Below are positions 48,645 through 59,223 of a DNA stretch of 64,000 bases, piece after piece (the stretch's first letter is position 1; each line of letters opens with the position of its first letter). The notes beneath the pieces were generated by a model that had not been told where the DNA came from, ran no database searches, and saw only the letters and a list, made by a program, of their open reading frames with translations. The translations under genes were made by a program, and so were the position numbers. The DNA is from Candidatus Thorarchaeota archaeon (GTDB lineage Archaea > Asgardarchaeota > Thorarchaeia > Thorarchaeales > Thorarchaeaceae), in assembly GCA_016933575.1 (NCBI GenBank), contig JAFGAR010000028.1:32001-96000 (forward strand), in the 5' to 3' direction.

Positions 48645-48711
48645 GGGATCAAGACCTCGTGTTATGTTTCATTCTTTGAATAAGTTTCTGATAATGAGCA
48701 CACTTTAAGGG

Positions 48712-50079
48712 TTGTGTCACATCTTACACGCCGAAACAGACATCATCATAAGGCGATTGCAGCACAAAGCGTTGGAAAAGGAGCTATCCATTTTGACCGA
48801 TCATGACTATCCAGTATCCCCTGAGGTGGAAACAATAGTCGATACTGGGATTAGCCCTATACGCTGGCTAGGGCTAAGCGGTAATCTTTGGAGGCTTGCA
48901 GGAGTAACTGGTATAGCTCAATTCTCGATGAGCCTGTGGGCTTGGCAATTTGGCATATTCCTCGCAGGTGTTGTTGAGAAGTGGCAGATTGGATTGACCT
49001 TTTCAATTGGTACATTCGCAATGATTGTAGGTTATGCGGTTTCAGGAACTGTTGCAGATTTTATTGGTAGGAAAAATGCCATGTCATTTGCATTCATTCC
49101 AATGTTCATCGGATTGGTGTCTCTGAGATTTCTTCCAATATGGCCGCTTGTTCCGTTAGAATATGGTATCACATCTTTCGGGTGGGCATTCATCATTATC
49201 ATGAGTCGAGCGATGCCTGCAGATGAGATTACTATCATTGGCACTGAGAATTCAGCAAGAATTTTCAATATGACCCTGTTGCCTGCATTTTTAGTAGATG
49301 GCATTAGTCCAATTGCTGCAGCGATGCTCCTGCAATCAGGGTATGTCGCTGGAGATTTGCATCTGTTGGCTGCAGTTGGAACCATGGTTGCACTTGTCGC
49401 AAACACAAGGATTGTACGAGAATCTCTCGGTAGAGATGTTATAGAAAAAGCTAAAGCTGGAGCACTGATTTCTTTCAGAGGCTTGGGAAAAAATTTCTGG
49501 ATCTTTACACTGGGCATGTTTGGTTATGTCTTCATGGGAAATCTAGCATTTCCATACTTAGGGAATCTTATCGTGGGAGAATGGGGCTTGGATGAAGCGA
49601 CCTATGGTTATGCCTGGGCTGCATATTCATTCACGAGTGTCATTCTAATGTACAGCGTTAGTGGAGTGACTGATAGAAATGTCCGTGTTGCATTGATAAT
49701 GGCAATCTGGAGCACTGCTGTTATAGTTGGTATATTTGCATTTGGTGAGGGTGTTCTCACACTTGTAATTCTGAATATAGTATGGGCTGCGCCACTAGTA
49801 ATATGGACAGGGGCTGAAAACATCCTTGCTGTAAATGGGGTAGGATCCGAAATGAAAGGACGTGCTCTTGGAACCTATCAGTTTATGATGAGTTCTACAC
49901 GCCTCTTTGGTTCCTTTGTGGGAGCGCTTCTTTGGGACTATTTCGGTAGTCTACGAACAGTCTATAGTATTTCAAGCATAGGTGGATTAATCATTACCAT
50001 TTTTCTTACGTATGCTTTGATGTCAATAAAGTTAGAACGAAAACCCAAAAAAGCACCTGTACTCGGCAAGACCGAGTAA
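48712..50079 (+). CDS. MFS transporter
   Basis: About 12 TM; GTVADFIGRK motif A; KGRALG; real start may be further downstream. Confidence 0.88.
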   Translation: MCHILHAETDIIIRRLQHKALEKELSILTDHDYPVSPEVETIVDTGISPIRWLGLSGNLWRLAGVTGIAQFSMSLWAWQFGIFLAGVVEKWQIGLTFSIGTFAMIVGYAVSGTVADFIGRKNAMSFAFIPMFIGLVSLRFLPIWPLVPLEYGITSFGWAFIIIMSRAMPADEITIIGTENSARIFNMTLLPAFLVDGISPIAAAMLLQSGYVAGDLHLLAAVGTMVALVANTRIVRESLGRDVIEKAKAGALISFRGLGKNFWIFTLGMFGYVFMGNLAFPYLGNLIVGEWGLDEATYGYAWAAYSFTSVILMYSVSGVTDRNVRVALIMAIWSTAVIVGIFAFGEGVLTLVILNIVWAAPLVIWTGAENILAVNGVGSEMKGRALGTYQFMMSSTRLFGSFVGALLWDYFGSLRTVYSISSIGGLIITIFLTYALMSIKLERKPKKAPVLGKTE

Positions 50080-50110
50080 TGTTCTTAACTGAACTTGGGT
50101 GGTACATTAA

Positions 50111-52054
50111 TTGTCTGGAGTCGTGGGGAAAGAAATGACTGATGACACTTCTTTCATTGGCCGCCGCCTCAAACAGAGTGGAGATCTACTCCTTGGCGGA
50201 GCTCGTAGACAAGTTGAGGATTATAAAGGCAAATTTGGTGGTCTGAAGGGAGTCTATGACGAGTTTCTTTCAAAACTACTTGTAACCTATCCAAATGCGT
50301 TATTCAATTGCAGATTTGTTGATGATTTTTTCAAGAAACGAACACTTTCATTAGCAGGGATAGATGGTACTGTTTTCAAACATGATATTTTCGATCTTCT
50401 CATCTTTTTTGCAGGAGCCTACTCAGCTCATGGTGAAATCAAAATAGATGACAAAGGTAAGGCAGAGATCAGCTATGATGAGAAATATCTAGAGAGAGGT
50501 CTTGGTGTGTCAAGTGTCTTACCAGTATATATCAACGAGGTTCCTCAAATTGATCAGACACTACTTGTCAGAGCAGAGGATGGAGATGTCGACCATTCCA
50601 TAACCTACTCTGATAGTTGGGTGGTTGATAATTCAGCATTTGCTGACTATCTAATGGGATTGTCAGAATTCTACCTTGCGTATAGACTTGTGAGTTCTGA
50701 GAATCCTGTGGACATCCTATTGTTGGATCGCGTGTTTTCCTCTGAAATTGCATCGTTCTATGCAGAGACCTCGGATTTTCGATTGAATCTTGACCATGAT
50801 TGTGGATTAATTGGTTACAGGATAGGAGGAAGACCATTCTCAAAGACTGAATGGGTCTATGCTCGAAGATTATTTGGGACTCTGGACCTTGGAACGCCTC
50901 CTGCTCGTGGAGAGAATCTTTTATCACGTGTCATTTTGGAATTGATGAATGCAAGTGGACATAGTCTAACGAGAGCAGAACTAGTTCGTTTACTTGGACT
51001 AGATAATGAGTTTAGACAATCCAGATTGGATAAGGAACTGAAGAAAGGAATTCGTGGTTCTGGAGAGATTGAAGGCATAATACTCAGAGATAGGGATAAC
51101 TTTGTCCTAAAACCTCAATATAGGGACCTCAAAGCACGTATCAAGCTACTAGTTGATGAAGTCTGTGGAAGACTCTTTTCACCTGATGCAGAAGTGACCT
51201 ATGAGGATCGTTTCAAAATCAATGGTCGCTGGCTTACAACAAATGACCTTGCATTTCTTAGTCTTGTTTCACTGTTGTTGACTATTGATCAGAGTTGGAA
51301 GAATCCAACCCTCCTTGTTGGTGTTGCGAAAGACACGTCAGCTCGAGATCTTAAACGACAAGTCTTGCCGGTTTTGAATTATGTCAATCGCTTCAAAGGT
51401 GGATTTGTTGATAGAGGTGAGGATACACCGGATACCGACAGGATGATTCTACAGTGGGTTTCATTGCATGAGCGAGACAGACTTAAAGTTCCTTGGGCAA
51501 CAGTTGAATATGATACAGCATTCAAGACAATTGTTCCGCATCTTGAGAGATTGCCGGGTGTCGTTTCTGGAGCTAGAAGGAATCAGATTTCTTTGGAGAA
51601 GACATTTCTAAAATCCTATTTCCAACTGTGCCAAGCAGCTTCTGACCCAAAATTAAGGAGCAATGTGCTTCTATATGATCGCTTGGTCTACCCATTTTAT
51701 GATATCAGACCAGGCAAAGTTGTTACGTTAAAACACGACTATGAGAACCGACCAGATTTTCCTGAACCTGTTGAAGTCATTTTCTTTGAGGGTCAGGACA
51801 ATCCAATCCAGTCATTTATCATCTCACTCTTCGGGATGATGACAAGTAATAGCATTCCAGAACTATTTGGACATCTTAAACCATTATACGTTGCTGATAA
51901 GGTAGCTAAATATCATTACACACAAATTAAAGGTATGATAGAGAGTACAGGGAACTGGTTGATGAATCGTCCAGACCTGCGTGAGTTCCTATTCTATCTT
52001 AGCAGTTTCAGAGAACGGAGGACTAGTATTGAGCAATCAAGACGAACACCATAA
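50111..52054 (+). CDS. nurA: NurA-domain nuclease with large insertions
   Basis: LAGIDGT, ILLLDR, LVGVAKD, G...PLYVADKVAK; upstream of HerA. Confidence 0.7.
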   Translation: MSGVVGKEMTDDTSFIGRRLKQSGDLLLGGARRQVEDYKGKFGGLKGVYDEFLSKLLVTYPNALFNCRFVDDFFKKRTLSLAGIDGTVFKHDIFDLLIFFAGAYSAHGEIKIDDKGKAEISYDEKYLERGLGVSSVLPVYINEVPQIDQTLLVRAEDGDVDHSITYSDSWVVDNSAFADYLMGLSEFYLAYRLVSSENPVDILLLDRVFSSEIASFYAETSDFRLNLDHDCGLIGYRIGGRPFSKTEWVYARRLFGTLDLGTPPARGENLLSRVILELMNASGHSLTRAELVRLLGLDNEFRQSRLDKELKKGIRGSGEIEGIILRDRDNFVLKPQYRDLKARIKLLVDEVCGRLFSPDAEVTYEDRFKINGRWLTTNDLAFLSLVSLLLTIDQSWKNPTLLVGVAKDTSARDLKRQVLPVLNYVNRFKGGFVDRGEDTPDTDRMILQWVSLHERDRLKVPWATVEYDTAFKTIVPHLERLPGVVSGARRNQISLEKTFLKSYFQLCQAASDPKLRSNVLLYDRLVYPFYDIRPGKVVTLKHDYENRPDFPEPVEVIFFEGQDNPIQSFIISLFGMMTSNSIPELFGHLKPLYVADKVAKYHYTQIKGMIESTGNWLMNRPDLREFLFYLSSFRERRTSIEQSRRTP

Positions 52055-53909
52055 GAAATACTTCACAGATTTCGATGGAGCTTTTGAAGGCAGGCTCGCA
52101 AGGGTAATTCCAATTGCTGCAAATTATACTTCAGAATGGGCTGGTTCAGCAGCTCGGTATGATTGTAGAATCAAAATCCGATATAACAAGGAACTCATGG
52201 CTCAACTCGAAGAAGGAATGCTGCTCGCTGTAAAGAATTTCAGAGGACAATCGAAGAAGTCTGTAAAGGGAAAAATCGAACGATACACTGTAATGGTAAT
52301 TAGCAAAGTTTGGCCTCTACATTATGGATTAGGTGGTGTGAGTGATAGTCACTATTATCCATTGCAGATGGAAATCATAGAACAGGCTGTGCCAGACTGG
52401 TCTACTGATGACCAGGCAACCATGATGGTGCATATGACAGCAATTCCAATTAACTATGATCTAATTGTCGATGCAAAGGGAGAGATTAGTTTCAAGAAGG
52501 GCTTCTCATATCCTCTTATTGGTGAGCGCGTTCATGTCATTAACATGGAAACAGTGGATTTCATCTACAATTCAAAGGTGAAGGAATCAATAGGTTTCAC
52601 AAAGTCCACTTCAAGTGCAGATCCTAAAAAAGATCCACGCGTAGGAGTTCTTAGAATGTTCATGGAGTCTGAAAAAGAGATTCCTATCTATGTTGACCTT
52701 CCCAAACTTGTACGTTATCACTTTGGTGTGTTCAGCTTCACAGGTGGAGGTAAGAGTAATCTACTCTCAAACCTGTTCAGACGAATTTTGTATTATTCAG
52801 AAGACACAAAGCTGGTTCTCTTTGATATCAGTTGTGAGTACCCGTTTCTTCTCAGTGATGTGTTCATGGATCCTAAGATTCCAAGCTTGATAGTTCTTGA
52901 AGAAGAAGCGAAAACAGCTGAGCAGTTCGCACGTTCAATTGTAAAACCTCGTGACTTTGAGGAGGATGATATGGCAAACGAAGTTCTGAAACAAATTTAT
53001 TCCAAAAGGAAAGTATCCTACTTCAACAGACCTCAAACTCAAGTCCCAACCTTTGGAAGTCTCATTCAAGAGATGAAAGGAATACGCACTGATAACTCTG
53101 CCAAACCTACTTACGTTCAAGCAATAGATGAGGTAATAGATGCTATCGTTCAATATATGGAGATAGAGAATAGGTCAGATCATGAAGAGATAGATGAGGA
53201 TGTTGTTGATCTACTCGATGCAGAAGCTAAGAAAGCTGTTGCCACCTTTCAAGTGCATGATAAATCCACGCTCTATGCATGGGCAACAACGCGAGGCACA
53301 CTGAAAGCAGTGATTGCTCGAGCAAAGAAAGCAAGTTCCACTGGTGTGACTGTAAAAGATCTTCTGAAGAAATTGTCAGGACCGGAGAGAGTGATTTGCA
53401 TATCTATTGCAGATCCAGACACCCTCAGAGACCTCGTTATCAAATTGACGGGTGCAGCTCTAAGGTATCGAAAGATGAGTTTCGAAATAAAACCCCAAAT
53501 CCTATTCGTCTTCGATGAGGCTCAAGAATTCATTCCATCAGGAGCCAGTGGCCATTTAGCACAGACAAGTTATGCTGTTGAGCGACTTCTACGACAAGGA
53601 AGAAAGTACGGATTAGGTGGTGCCTTAGCAACACAACGAATTGCGTATCTGAATACTAACATACTTCAGCAATTACACACATTCTTTGTAGGAACACTCC
53701 CAAGGCCATATGACAGAACTGTAGTCAGCAGCTCATTCCAAATTGATTTGAGTATTCTAGACAAGACACTGGAATTCCCACCTGGTTCATGGCTATTATC
53801 CAGCTATATTGCCACCGGATTGGATAATGTACCTGTCTTTGTAAAAGCAGATAATTCCGAAGATGTTCTTCGAGATCATATCTCAAAAATGTCAAAGACA
53901 TCGAAGTAG
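52029..53909 (+). CDS. herA: HerA-family ATPase
   Basis: N-terminal barrel region, HFGVFSFTGGGKS, FVFDEAQEF, GRKYGLG..LATQR; probable TTG start at 52029 after GGAGG. Confidence 0.85.
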   Translation: MSNQDEHHKKYFTDFDGAFEGRLARVIPIAANYTSEWAGSAARYDCRIKIRYNKELMAQLEEGMLLAVKNFRGQSKKSVKGKIERYTVMVISKVWPLHYGLGGVSDSHYYPLQMEIIEQAVPDWSTDDQATMMVHMTAIPINYDLIVDAKGEISFKKGFSYPLIGERVHVINMETVDFIYNSKVKESIGFTKSTSSADPKKDPRVGVLRMFMESEKEIPIYVDLPKLVRYHFGVFSFTGGGKSNLLSNLFRRILYYSEDTKLVLFDISCEYPFLLSDVFMDPKIPSLIVLEEEAKTAEQFARSIVKPRDFEEDDMANEVLKQIYSKRKVSYFNRPQTQVPTFGSLIQEMKGIRTDNSAKPTYVQAIDEVIDAIVQYMEIENRSDHEEIDEDVVDLLDAEAKKAVATFQVHDKSTLYAWATTRGTLKAVIARAKKASSTGVTVKDLLKKLSGPERVICISIADPDTLRDLVIKLTGAALRYRKMSFEIKPQILFVFDEAQEFIPSGASGHLAQTSYAVERLLRQGRKYGLGGALATQRIAYLNTNILQQLHTFFVGTLPRPYDRTVVSSSFQIDLSILDKTLEFPPGSWLLSSYIATGLDNVPVFVKADNSEDVLRDHISKMSKTSK

Positions 53910-53937
53910 AAAAAGATTGAGAGAAGAGAGTATGTAA

Positions 53938-54666
53938 TTAGCTCTCTTTCGCCTCAAATCTTTCATGGATTTCTTCAATTTGATGAATAGTAGTTGTTGA
54001 AGCAAGTTCTCCAAATAGATGGCCTGATTTTTTGGCTTTGGTCTCAAGATAAGCTCTGCTGTACTCTGATGGCTCCACTATCAGTGGAATTCTCTCATCA
54101 ATCTGAATTCCTGCACTTCTCAATTGATGGATTTTCTCAGGGTTGTTAGTCAACAATTTTATAGATTTGACTTTCAAATTCTTCAGTATATTTGCAGCGA
54201 TACCATAATCTCGTTCATCTGGTTGATAACCAAGGTGTATATTTGCATCAATTGTGTCGAGTCCCTCATCTTGAAGTGCATAGGCTTTGATTTTTTCAGT
54301 TAGCCCAATATTTCGACCTTCTTGTCGAAGATAGAGGACAACGCCTGTTCCTTCTTTTTCAATAATCTTTAGAGACTCAAGAAGTTGATCTCGACAATCG
54401 CAACGTTTGCTGCCCATTACATCACCAGTGAGGCATTCTGAATGAACCCTAGTAACAACTCCAGTCTTATTGACAATATCTCCCTTGATAATTGCCGTAT
54501 GTTCTTTCCCATCACAGGGACTGACAAATCCACAGATTTGAAAATCGCCGAATCTACTTGGCAGATTGGCAATAGCAACAAGCTGCACACAGCACTCATC
54601 AGTGGTACATACTTGCTTTTCACTAGCATCGAGGAGCATACTAATTTGTTCTTCAGTCAATTTCAT
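53938..54666 (-). CDS. ribA: GTP cyclohydrolase II
   Basis: RVHSECLTGD..GS.RCDC, QEGR.IGL..K..AY.LQD.G.DT, TNNP.K. Confidence 0.95.
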   Translation of the reverse strand: MKLTEEQISMLLDASEKQVCTTDECCVQLVAIANLPSRFGDFQICGFVSPCDGKEHTAIIKGDIVNKTGVVTRVHSECLTGDVMGSKRCDCRDQLLESLKIIEKEGTGVVLYLRQEGRNIGLTEKIKAYALQDEGLDTIDANIHLGYQPDERDYGIAANILKNLKVKSIKLLTNNPEKIHQLRSAGIQIDERIPLIVEPSEYSRAYLETKAKKSGHLFGELASTTTIHQIEEIHERFEAKES

Positions 54667-54797
54667 CGATTACATCTCCTTTTCTGACCTGGTTCTCTTT
54701 TTCATTATGAATAAAGACCTTGCCTTATGTCTTTCCGGCATCGCTAAATATGATAGATAAATCTCATAGCCATAATACCTGTTCTGGAGAACTCGCA

Positions 54798-55871
54798 ATG
54801 ACTCGAGACCACAAGAAAGTTATCGACAAGATGCAAGAGATACTCAAGGAAACAACCAAGAGATATGCATTCAAAAAACTCGAGAAAGAAATTATACAGA
54901 CTGGAGCATGCGTTGAATGTGGAGCCTGTGTTGCTGCCTGTCCTGTTGATGCAATCAGTGGAGAGCGTCTGAACAACAAGTATATTCCATCACTCACTGG
55001 GGAATGTATTTCGTGTGGCATTTGTTATGCGATGTGTCCTAGAACTTACCCATTACAAAACCAATTGCTTGGGAGATTTCGAAGTGCGTGGAAAGTAAAA
55101 GCCTCCGATAATCATCCTCGACAGGATGGTGGAGCTGTCAACGCTATTCTCGGATATATGCTTGATAGCAATATGATTGAAGCAGCAGTCGTAGCATGCC
55201 AATCAAAAGACATACCATGGTTGCCAGAGCCCAGAACTGCTACCAATTCCAGTGAACTATGGAGATGCGGTGGAACAATCTATACTCATGCACAGACAGT
55301 CAATGAAATGCTTGAAAACTATAAGAAGGGACTATCGTCGTTGGCGGTTGTTGGCACAGCTTGTAATATTGAATCAATTCATCGAATGAAGGAACACCAC
55401 GCAGGACTGTTTGCCATTGATAAAGATGCAAGTATCTTCACTATCAGTCTCTTCTGTATGGAATCTTTCAACTATCAGGACCTTGTTGTATTTCTAAAGA
55501 GGGAAGGAATAATGATTGATGATGTTGAACGTTTTGCTATTGCGGGAGGAGAATTCAAGATTACAATCAAAGAACAGGAGAGAACTTGGCCTGTAAGTGA
55601 TCTTGATTCAGCAGCTGCTACATCATGTGCTTATTGCAATGACCTGACAGGATTTATGGCAGACCTATCATGTGGAAATATTGGTTCAGAAGAGGGTTGG
55701 ACTACTGTCTTAGTTCGTTCAGCCAGAGGAGAAGAAGTGCTCCATGCCGCCCACAAGGCTGGAAACATCGAAATTGAACCATTAGGAGACAAGGCATTAA
55801 ACACACTATCAAATTCAGCCAGATTCAAGATGAATAAATTCTATATACTACGTTCACCTCATACAGAGTGA
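54798..55871 (+). CDS. FrhB/FpoF-family F420-binding subunit with an N-terminal ferredoxin
   Basis: Two CxxCxxCxxxCP, QDGG, VGTAC, LFCMESF, C..C.D....ADLSCG. Confidence 0.88.
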   Translation: MTRDHKKVIDKMQEILKETTKRYAFKKLEKEIIQTGACVECGACVAACPVDAISGERLNNKYIPSLTGECISCGICYAMCPRTYPLQNQLLGRFRSAWKVKASDNHPRQDGGAVNAILGYMLDSNMIEAAVVACQSKDIPWLPEPRTATNSSELWRCGGTIYTHAQTVNEMLENYKKGLSSLAVVGTACNIESIHRMKEHHAGLFAIDKDASIFTISLFCMESFNYQDLVVFLKREGIMIDDVERFAIAGGEFKITIKEQERTWPVSDLDSAAATSCAYCNDLTGFMADLSCGNIGSEEGWTTVLVRSARGEEVLHAAHKAGNIEIEPLGDKALNTLSNSARFKMNKFYILRSPHTE

Positions 55872-55916
55872 ATAATGCTGTATTCACCATCCACGATTGC
55901 GTAGATTGACTCTTAA

Positions 55917-57674
55917 TTATTTGACTTTAGTCCGGAAGTACAGAACTGCAATTACTAGAAGAGAGAGTCCACCAAGCAAAACAACTATAGCATAGAGAGG
56001 CGCAGGAGCTGTATTAGAACTCATCTTTGTAACAGTGATACTCGTCCAATCGGTTTCTTGAACATTGTTCAATGAGGAATTATCCACTGCAATTACCTTG
56101 TACCAGACTATTGAACCATGAGTGTATTCACCAAGATGGGCAATGAAGTAATCAGCAATCTCTGCAAGATCCATAGCTTTGGTCTCAAACGTAAAACCTG
56201 CATCCTGTGGATTGCCAATACTCCATTCAATAGTAATGCTTGAGATGTTATTAAGATCCCAAACATATGCCTGAACAGTGATGTTATTGGTCGATGGAGA
56301 ATTCAAGGTCTGAATGACTTGTACTCCAGAAATTATTGGATTATGTGCATCTGGTTCTACTTCAACTACAATTACTGCAAACGAAGTGGCGTTAAAGTAA
56401 TCCTTGAGCGTTAAGTTGTATGTGTAAGTACCCACAGCCAGTTTATCAACATTGATTGTTATGTTTTCACCACGCCATGTGCCGTTCAACAAGACAGTGC
56501 TATCTAGTGTAAGATTGAATGATAGTGGATTACTCTCTTCAGCACTCCAAGTAAGAGCATAACCCGTGTATCCTTCTTCATACGTAAGATCATCATCTGC
56601 CGTTATGATTGGTGCTCGAATATCTTTGTATATAGTGAGATTAACAATGTCTTGTGATGATCTCTCAAAATCATCAAAAGCTGTTATGATGAATGAATAG
56701 TTCCCAAGAAAGAGACCATCAAGAAGAACAGTGATATTCTGACCTTCTGGATTTGGAAAACTCCAATCAGCCTGAGAGATGTTCACAAATGAATGAAATG
56801 CTGATACATTTCCATATGTTGTATCATTGTAGAGAATTACAGCATCTATAGTGTAGTTTTTCGGATTGCTATCATAGACGAACCATTTTATCTCATGTCC
56901 TGTTGAGCCAAACTCAAATGAAACATCAGCGGGAGAAGAAACTACTGGGTTAGTCAGGTCAGGTAGAACTGTGACATTCACAAAACTCGTTGCATTTCGA
57001 CCAAATGTGTCATTGACAAATAGTGTGTAAATATACCAATGGCTTTCGTTCAATCCATCGACATTGATGATGATATCATCACCATCCCATGAACCGCTAG
57101 CAATCTCGGTATAATTCGTACCACTTTCGTTAGACTCGCGTGTAACATTATAAAAGTCAGGATTTGACTCGGTGATGTTCCAATGAATCTCATGACCAAA
57201 AGAACCAACCTCATAGGTAATGTTATCGTGGGATTGAATGATTGGTGCACTCTCATCCAGTATTACACGGACTGTGGTTGATACTGAAGCTGATTCATTC
57301 TGTTGATTGAACACTTTGACAACGAAATTGAATTCTGTTGGTAGTGTATCAATCATGTTTCGAGTGTAGAGATATATTAGGTATAACGTAATATCATCTC
57401 CATCCCAAATGCCACTATCATAAATTGTGCCATTGGCAGTGATAGAGTAGTTCTTTGGAGATGCATCAGAAGCCGTGTATACGATGGTTTCTCCTGCGCT
57501 TCCATTTTCAAATTGATAGAAGGAAGGACCAGTAATCGTTGGAGCAGCAGGTTTCATTATCGTGACCGGACCTTGATTAATGCTCACATAACTGACAGAA
57601 ATCATGTAAGGTGATAATATAATCCAAGTAAATATGAGAGCGAATATGAAACAACGTCGATTACGCAAGGCCAT
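55917..57674 (-). CDS. Membrane-anchored surface protein with Ig-like repeats
   Basis: Signal peptide, repeated YE.G..G..I.W...ESNP units, C-terminal TM. Confidence 0.8.
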   Translation of the reverse strand: MALRNRRCFIFALIFTWIILSPYMISVSYVSINQGPVTIMKPAAPTITGPSFYQFENGSAGETIVYTASDASPKNYSITANGTIYDSGIWDGDDITLYLIYLYTRNMIDTLPTEFNFVVKVFNQQNESASVSTTVRVILDESAPIIQSHDNITYEVGSFGHEIHWNITESNPDFYNVTRESNESGTNYTEIASGSWDGDDIIINVDGLNESHWYIYTLFVNDTFGRNATSFVNVTVLPDLTNPVVSSPADVSFEFGSTGHEIKWFVYDSNPKNYTIDAVILYNDTTYGNVSAFHSFVNISQADWSFPNPEGQNITVLLDGLFLGNYSFIITAFDDFERSSQDIVNLTIYKDIRAPIITADDDLTYEEGYTGYALTWSAEESNPLSFNLTLDSTVLLNGTWRGENITINVDKLAVGTYTYNLTLKDYFNATSFAVIVVEVEPDAHNPIISGVQVIQTLNSPSTNNITVQAYVWDLNNISSITIEWSIGNPQDAGFTFETKAMDLAEIADYFIAHLGEYTHGSIVWYKVIAVDNSSLNNVQETDWTSITVTKMSSNTAPAPLYAIVVLLGGLSLLVIAVLYFRTKVK

Positions 57675-57839
57675 CTATGATACATCCTATGTTACGATTC
57701 ACACGTGTTGACCGGTCGAACTTCAGAGTGTGGTTTTATACTCTTCGGTACTTCAACGACTGCACAATTCCGTTATGGGATATTTATCAAGAATAGGCTG
57801 ATAAGAGTATAAGTCACTCTGAAAATAAGACTAAGTCAC

Positions 57840-58790
57840 ATGGGGACAGTGACTAAGGGGAATCTTATAGTGCCAAAGGCAATCTTTTCCATTTGGTGGG
57901 ATGATAGATTAGGACCAATGGTCGGTCGATCCTATCCCGAGGCTGCACCACTGACAAGTGAAGAGGCTGTCACCGTGTTCATGGGACATGGCGTAAATCA
58001 GGAAACAGAGATAGGATATTCAAAGATACAGAGCGGTCTAGTAATTTCGTATATGCGACCACCAAATTGCCTTGTTGTGCTTCTTGAGCAAGGCGAAAAC
58101 AGTGCATCTATCGAACGTAACTTGTTGCGTTTAGCTCCCACTATAGATTTTGATAGTGATAATTGGGATAAAGAACTAGAAAAGGCATTTCATGGGTTAA
58201 AAGATTTAATCACTGAGACCTCTGGTGAAGAACTGCTATTGAATCCAAGCGTGAAAATGTTAGTTGGAGATATGATGTCAGGAAGATTACAGAAAATTAT
58301 TCCGAAACATGTTCTAAAGGCGACAGTGAGATACCCTGAGGCTCATCAATACCTAGGTAATGATGACGATGAGGTCTCAAGGCTGTTAAGAGACCTTGAA
58401 GATGAAGAAGTATTGGAATCCCGAACCTTTGGGCGTAAGGTTGAATGTCGACAATGTGGAAACTCTGATCTCTTGGTGGAATTGCAGTGTCCTACCTGCT
58501 ATTCTAGTGATATCCACAAAGTGTACACAGTATTTTGCCCAAAGTGTAGCAATCAATTTCATGCAGTGATTGTAGATGATTTGGCAGAGGTGACATGCGT
58601 CAATTGTAAACAGCCAGTGAAAGTCAATGAACTTGCTGTAATTGATGTCGAGCCCCTATGTAATGCATGTGGAACAGCTTCGAATGATCCAAAAATAGTA
58701 TTCAGATGCGCTACTTGTGGAAAGCAACTTAAAGGAGCAGATTTGCTTTCGGGGACTGGTCTGGCATATTATTTTAGAGTATCAGGTTGA
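57840..58790 (+). CDS. Longin/uDENN-like N-terminal domain fused to a TackOD1-like multi-Zn-ribbon domain
   Basis: IFSIWWDDRLGP...SYP N-terminus; six CxxC pairs in the C-terminal half. Confidence 0.55.
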   Translation: MGTVTKGNLIVPKAIFSIWWDDRLGPMVGRSYPEAAPLTSEEAVTVFMGHGVNQETEIGYSKIQSGLVISYMRPPNCLVVLLEQGENSASIERNLLRLAPTIDFDSDNWDKELEKAFHGLKDLITETSGEELLLNPSVKMLVGDMMSGRLQKIIPKHVLKATVRYPEAHQYLGNDDDEVSRLLRDLEDEEVLESRTFGRKVECRQCGNSDLLVELQCPTCYSSDIHKVYTVFCPKCSNQFHAVIVDDLAEVTCVNCKQPVKVNELAVIDVEPLCNACGTASNDPKIVFRCATCGKQLKGADLLSGTGLAYYFRVSG

Positions 58791-58825
58791 ATTGTAGTAT
58801 ATAATTTTCACAGGATTGAACTTGT

Positions 58826-59143
58826 TTGTTGTATGAACAGATTACAGATGAACCACGCCTTGCTAGCAAGAGCTGGATGACGGATTGTACAGAACCATTA
58901 ATCCCAGGTGAGAACAATGATATGCTTGCAAGTGTCTTCACAGGAACAGGAGTGTTAATCCATGCGCATCCTTTGAATAAGAGGATTGCAATGAGAGGAT
59001 GCGGCAATTGTGAGAGTATGAATGTTCTAGTTATTTATGCTCAATGGTCTGTAAGCACAGCAAGTGGAGATGCCTATTGGGATTATGAGATATTGTGCAA
59101 TGATTGTCAGAAATATACATCACGGTCCTTTTCAGAAAATTAG
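58826..59143 (+). CDS. Small Zn-ribbon protein
   Basis: CGNC...CNDC. Confidence 0.65.
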   Translation: MLYEQITDEPRLASKSWMTDCTEPLIPGENNDMLASVFTGTGVLIHAHPLNKRIAMRGCGNCESMNVLVIYAQWSVSTASGDAYWDYEILCNDCQKYTSRSFSEN

Positions 59144-59223
59144 TACCTTTTTAGAAAATGCATATATCAGAGAGATACCAGTCGATTTCTATCAAAGTGA
59201 AATGTACAGAAGGATACTCTATT

